DNA of 64,000 nucleotides from Antedon mediterranea (Eukaryota; Animalia; Echinodermata): NCBI RefSeq assembly GCF_964355755.1, contig NC_092673.1, positions 25,912,269 to 25,976,268 of the forward strand, read 5' to 3'. Shown piece by piece: positions 63,601 to 64,000 of this stretch (position 1 is its first letter; each line of letters starts with the position of its first letter). The notes under the pieces were generated by a model. It saw only the letters and a program-made list of their open reading frames with translations, ran no database searches and was not told where the DNA came from. The position numbers and the translations under genes were made by a program.

Positions 63601-63896
63601 TATGAATGCTAAATATGTGTCAATCGCTTCACTTAATTAAAATAATTATAATATATAATAATTATAATATATAATAATTATAATACTACATACTAAATAA
63701 TTAATAGTGAGAGATACATTTTTCGCAAAAAAAATACAATAAAAGAAATGTGTATGAAAGCGTGATGTTTATTGTATTTGATTTTTTAATTAAATAACAT
63801 GGAATAAACATCTACCTTAAAGATGATTGTCCCCCAAAAACATGAAAAATTAAGATTAATTAAATCAGATTTTGAGTAGGTTATTTTGTAGTTTTT

Positions 63897-64000
63897 AGTC
63901 GCGTGGACGCGACTCTATAGTTCACTATGTCGGTCGGTCGGTCGGTCTGTCGGTCTGTCGGTCTGTCTGTCGGTCCGGTATCACTATGCGTTTTAGCACG
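63897..64000. repeat. Z-unit repeat (same as 10297-10400 and 10955-11060), truncated by the window end
   Basis: tttttagtcgcgtggacgcgactctatagttcactatgtcggtcgg(tcgg/tctg)n ggtccggtatcactatgcgttttagcacg. Confidence 0.8.

Noticed and set aside
1-64000. Prokaryotic-style operon, CRISPR or defence-system interpretation prompted by the task framing
   Set aside because: The sequence has spliceosomal introns with GT-AG boundaries, AATAAA signals, LINE/MITE/foldback repeats, minisatellites and human-like NANS/PANK orthologues, so it is eukaryotic nuclear DNA. The direct repeats present are satellites and not CRISPR arrays, because they have no unique spacers and no cas genes.

Overview
This window is not prokaryotic. 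It is an AT-rich, very repeat-dense stretch of a metazoan nuclear genome, about one third GC by eye, and no operon or defence-island logic applies. The NANS and PANK proteins are strongly similar to the human ones, so an invertebrate deuterostome is the best guess, but I cannot name the species.

Three protein-coding loci can be supported from the sequence:
1. A pantothenate kinase (PANK) gene on the minus strand, 7 coding exons from 19821 down to 9819 (about 401 aa). Exons 2-7 match human PANK1-3 almost residue for residue. The small upstream exon 1 is a prediction.
2. An N-acetylneuraminate (sialic acid) synthase gene (NANS) on the plus strand, 7 coding exons, 32780-35819, 353 aa, with a C-terminal SAF/antifreeze-like domain. 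I estimate 65-70% identity to human NANS from visual alignment.
3. A previously unannotated 2-exon gene at 55896-56582 (+) that would encode a 111-aa secreted prepropeptide with a knottin-like six-cysteine pattern (C…C…CC…C…C). This is the most novel coding candidate in the window and rests on inference only.

The rest is repeat landscape:
- A 5'-truncated LINE reverse-transcriptase fragment with a microsatellite tail.
- At least five families of hairpin or TIR MITEs, one with a PIF/Harbinger-type TTA target-site duplication and one nested inside another.
- Two adjacent foldback-type elements of about 2.3 kb each, with arms built from short subrepeats.
- A large palindromic satellite arrangement (28.0-32.3 kb).
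- Many minisatellites with units of 24 to 150 bp.
- A striking over-representation of the palindromic octamer TAGGCCTA scattered through otherwise unique sequence.

All coordinates were derived by hand-counting and may be off by 1-2 nt at splice junctions.
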